Positions 63,163 to 64,000 of a DNA stretch of 64,000 nucleotides are shown here, in pieces. This DNA comes from Eledone cirrhosa (lineage: Eukaryota). Below the pieces are notes generated by a model. The model was not told the DNA's origin and made no database searches. It worked only from the letters and a program-made list of their open reading frames with translations. The stretch is taken from the NCBI GenBank assembly GCA_964016885.1, contig OZ024741.1, positions 57,164,001 to 57,228,000 on the forward strand, read 5' to 3'. Each line of letters opens with the position of its first letter. The stretch's first letter is position 1. A program made the translations under genes and the position numbers.

Positions 63163-64000
63163 AAATGAATTGTCTTCAAATTCTTGATATGAGGGAGAAA
63201 ATTAGCAATGTTCACTCACAGAGTTTATTCCCTCATATGAAGATCAAGCAGTCAAAACACGGCGACTGCTATCGTCCCCAGTTAAGGTCATAAAACTATC
63301 AAGTTTCTATATCCCAATAGTTGCAAAAGACGCTGGACATCAATCAAATCTGTAGAATTACAGTCGGTCACAGTTAATGTGAGTGGGTACAGACACACTC
63401 AACACCCATACACACCGACTCGAGGTCAAAGAAAAAAAATATATACACATACCAACACAGCATCAGATCTGTAGAACTATAGACGGTCACAATTAGTGTG
63501 AGCGGGTACACACACACTCTCACACACACCGAAGCGATGTCAAAGAAAAAATAATAAATATAAGAATATACCAACATAGTATTCACCGAAAGTTAGTTTA
63601 CAAAACAACAAATGTTACATTGGTTAAATCTCAATTTAACGATGTAAATTGGAAATGTTGGGTCAACCGCAACCCCATACACAAGCAAGTAAGTTCAGTT
63701 CAGTGTTCTGCTATACGTGTATAGATTGAATTGTAACACCCGTATCTCCAAATAGTGTATGTTATGGTATATACACATCCGTATCGTCCAAAAAAGTGTA
63801 TGTCTAGGTATATACACATCCATGTGAAGAGCAAGCAATCAGCTCATATCGAACTCAGTATGTACCGCTGTCCCATTGAGAATCCAAGTCCCCAAATCCG
63901 TGCGTGCAAGCAACCGCTATGTAGGCCAGCAAGGGGCTCCGTGTAGGGTTGGGTATTTGGGTTAAGGTGTCAGTAAGTGCGATTTCCCATCCTATGGGCC

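Overview
Eukaryotic (animal) genomic DNA. The AT-richness, long (TA)n/(CA)n microsatellites and SINE types suggest a mollusc, probably a cephalopod (inference only). Positions ~1-33.5 kb and ~61.5-64 kb are a mosaic of retroelements wedged between (TA)n tracts. There are four coding Penelope-like elements (PLEs; RT + C-terminal GIY-YIG): two are large head-to-head palindromes, one is near full-length with a 120-bp terminal direct repeat, and one is decayed. There are also RTE and CRE non-LTR fragments and tRNA-derived SINEs. The middle (~33.5-56.5 kb) holds a small gene with at least two coding exons, encoding a ~98-aa Cys/His-rich protein across a ~19-kb repeat-filled intron. The main signal is a dense set of ~20 type I hammerhead ribozyme motifs, found by manual folding, several with non-canonical cores (UUGAGAA, CAGAAGA, CCGACGA). 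Most sit in short (0.1-0.5 kb), non-coding, palindromic, (TA)n-inserted mini-elements from several sequence families. Most of these share one architecture: inverted arm + arm + one-sided 60-100-nt tail, a fixed end-point of the tail-less arm, and often a GAGTRCT tail motif. Degenerate HDV-like ribozyme folds mark RTE 5' ends. All folds and coordinates were derived by eye and need computational and biochemical confirmation.
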